Assembly: GCA_964016885.1 (NCBI GenBank) | Contig: OZ024744.1 | Coordinates: 50,406,001 to 50,470,000, forward strand | Source: Eledone cirrhosa | Taxonomy: Eukaryota | Reading direction: 5' to 3' | DNA length: 64,000 nt | Shown: piece by piece, positions 62,850 to 64,000 of the stretch | Layout of the letters: each line of letters opens with the position of its first letter | Numbering within the stretch: the stretch's first letter is position 1 | Made by a program: the position numbers and the translations under genes | The notes under the pieces: model-generated | Told to the model about the DNA's origin: nothing | Database searches by the model: none | Seen by the model: only the letters and a program-made list of their open reading frames with translations

Positions 62850-64000
62850 GTCCCGGCGGACAGAATGGAGAAGGTGTTTCCCCAGAGGATGGTAAGGGAG
62901 ATGCGATGAAAGAGCCATTCCATCTCGCAAGGCTCACATGTTCGGCTGGCCAGCTCAGTGCCTATGGTGGTGAGTAAGGAGGTAGCCCTAGGGCCAAGGA
63001 CACCAGAAATCTCCACTGCCAAGGGCACAACCACAAACCTGTCGGAGAGTGACCAGTACTTGGAGAGTTTGCCCTCCTCAGCTCAACGTGCAGCAGAATC
63101 TGGGTTAGCCACAGACTGTACCAGGTTGCGGCTGGAGAAAGTGTCACTGCAAGTGGCATCCCAAATGAGGGGTTTGCCACTGCAGAATGGGAAGATGGTC
63201 ATACTGTCTGGCCTTTTGCCATCCCTTCAGTCCATCCCCACCGGCTCGAACTGGAAGGGGAAGCCTGCAGCATCCAAGCCATGCTTTATGACCTCGTTGA
63301 GGGCAACATGGTATGGAAGGTGGCCGGCACTGTGGTGACAGGAAAGCAGGTGGAGGCCAAGAGAGACCATGGTGGATCCACAGCGACATTTATGTGGCTT
63401 ACAGATCCGGAGGCCAAGCCTCAGGAAAACGCCAATGTGCAGGCTATTGGTGTCCAGCTGCATGCCAATGGAGAAGGTGGGCAAAAACAGGCAATTTGGT
63501 GGTGGTTGACCTGGCGCGTGAGCCTGTCTGAGGCCAGGTTGCACTGGATGACATCCCAAATGCTTTGGGAGGACTTGATGTCAGCAGGGGGAGAAGGAGG
63601 AGGGACGTCTACTGGGCTAAGTCCCATTGGTCCCACGTCTCACAGGCGGCCTCACGTTCCCCAATCACAGAGGGTTCCATTGTGTTTTGGAGAACCCTGC
63701 TGGAACCTGGATCTGATGGTGGAGTGGATGGCCGGCGAGTGGATCACCTGTACCTGGTGGAGAATCGACCTCACGTCTGAGACAGAGGCTGCAAAGCTCT
63801 CATCATCATGATTGATATTCACCACCTCCGACTTGGATGTGTTGATCTGGAGGCTGATTCTGGTCAGGGCAGGAACCACCAATTGTAGGTCGTGGCAGAC
63901 AGTCTCTGCTGGCATCATCCAGGCATCAAACTTTGAGAGGGGCCATGATACTCCAGGCAATGTGGTCTATGCCAAGAGCAAATAGGAGGGGGCTCAAAGG
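62850..64000 (-). mobile_element. CRE-clade-like RLE non-LTR retrotransposon, decayed
   Basis: PLSPLLFAL, LRLG..CRCG..GLHLLSC, EPVGM, DGKRPD, LIWDATCSDT, PLAVEISGVLG; clade assignment from motif recall. Confidence 0.75.

Overview
Eukaryotic, gene-free window made almost entirely of transposable elements and simple repeats. The SINE types and the (AT)n/(ATT)n/(GAT)n richness suggest a coleoid cephalopod, but that is inference. I see no host gene, rRNA, true tRNA or CRISPR array. Bases 1-28,100 are nested RTE-clade LINE copies, including a tail-to-tail inverted pair with a PHD finger inside the RT region. They also hold RTE-partnered SINEs, a DD37D/maT transposon, a Helitron-like element, a TTAA MITE and Penelope fragments with a hammerhead-like motif. 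Bases ~28,420-59,780 form a polarised ~31-kb array built on (ATT)n runs: four R4/Dong-type elements on the minus strand, three Tx1-type elements plus one remnant on the plus strand, and an ATTA-targeting tRNA SINE. The most striking feature is a ~10.5-kb satellite of 74-bp units (46.6-57.1 kb). It is an in-place amplification of the last ~25 codons of an R4/Dong ORF, with the rest of the element still flanking it on both sides. A second minisatellite derived from LINE coding sequence (47 bp) lies at 60.8 kb. All calls are by eye; boundaries of decayed elements are approximate and identities are estimates.
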